A stretch of DNA of 63,946 nucleotides, from assembly GCA_902779265.1 (NCBI GenBank), contig CACZAY010000006.1, positions 1-63,946 of the forward strand, given 5' to 3'. The position numbers were made by a program, and so were the translations under genes. Of the stretch, positions 63,618 to 63,946 are shown one piece after another. This DNA comes from an uncultured Bacteroidales bacterium. GTDB lineage: Bacteria; Bacteroidota; Bacteroidia; Bacteroidales; UBA3663. Every line of letters starts with the position of its first letter. The stretch's first letter is position 1. A model generated the notes under the pieces. It did not search any database. It was not told where the DNA came from and worked only from the letters and a program-made list of their open reading frames with translations.

Positions 63618-63946
63618 ATGAAAAAACTCACTCTCATCGGCCTTGGTCTCCTGTTCTGCCTCACTGCGAGTGCAGAGTTGAGCGAGAAGAAAATGCTTAG
63701 CGATGCAAAAGCCATCTCTAAAGTGCTGTACTCCGATCCCGACCAGTGCAAGCACCTTGACAAACCCATGCTGGATATTATCTGCAATGGCAGTACGGCG
63801 CAACGCAGATGGTTAGTGGAGCGCTTGCTGGAACTGGATATCAACCGCCTAAGTGAGAAGAACAAACGGCAGTACCTGAGTTGGTTCTTGCTGCTTATCA
63901 AATATCAGAGTCTGGACGCACCTTATTACGTACAAATCGCGGGTGA
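63618..63946 (+). CDS. secreted hypothetical protein, 3' end outside the window
   Basis: Not in the ORF track because there is no stop before the window end. Hand translation gives (MILY)MKKLTLIGLGLLFCLTASAELSEKKMLSDAKAISKVLYSDPDQCKHLDKPMLDIICNG.. It starts 4-16 nt after the CHAT stop. Confidence 0.5.
   Translation, partial: MKKLTLIGLGLLFCLTASAELSEKKMLSDAKAISKVLYSDPDQCKHLDKPMLDIICNGSTAQRRWLVERLLELDINRLSEKNKRQYLSWFLLLIKYQSLDAPYYVQIAG

Noticed and set aside
1-63946. The idea that the CATTGGCCAATG copies are an artificial watermark or inserted tags.
   Set aside because: Copies inside genes are in frame and encode sensible residues (LAN or IGQ) within otherwise conserved proteins. Degenerate variants form a continuum, which is what a native, evolving motif looks like.
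1-63946. rRNA or tRNA genes.
   Set aside because: No spacer contains a recognisable tRNA cloverleaf (GTTCRANYC T-loop context) or conserved rRNA blocks. This was checked by eye only, so tRNAscan-SE or Infernal should confirm it.

Overview
This window looks like a Bacteroidota (Bacteroidales/Prevotella-like) chromosomal segment. That call rests on TAnnTTTG -7 promoter boxes, many lipoproteins, TonB/ExbBD, a TonB-dependent receptor with a DUF4249 partner, and DapL-type lysine biosynthesis. About 58.5 kb is high-G+C core genome. It carries parC', an S41 peptidase, a 2-hydroxyacid dehydrogenase, tcdA, an anaerobic sulfatase maturase, aminopeptidase P, polA, secDF, dapF-dapL, nadK, exbB-exbD-tonB, argD-argC', a GH2 enzyme, and a DUF5107 / sugar porter / AraC / GH29 fucosidase locus.

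Four things stand out:
1. The host part is saturated with the palindrome CATTGGCCAATG (core TTGGCCAA), both inside genes and right at gene ends.
2. The palindrome is missing from a few lower-G+C patches: an AAA-ATPase/DUF4143 gene behind four 32-bp repeats, a HigB/HigA-like toxin-antitoxin pair, the middle of one large ORF, and the last 5.4 kb.
3. The last 5.4 kb starts at an abrupt junction near 58,505 that truncates argC. It encodes a tight operon of signal-peptide proteins: a PPC-domain lipoprotein, a C14 caspase-like protease, a small acidic-then-poly-Arg lipoprotein, a TPR-CHAT protease and one more secreted protein. This is my best candidate for an undescribed system.
4. Three genes are broken (gdhA, a DUF3108 gene, an Ig-like gene), and many intergenic spacers are built from private short-word repeats.

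I recognised no rRNA, tRNA, CRISPR array, integrase or transposase. All homology calls come from reading the translations, not from searches.
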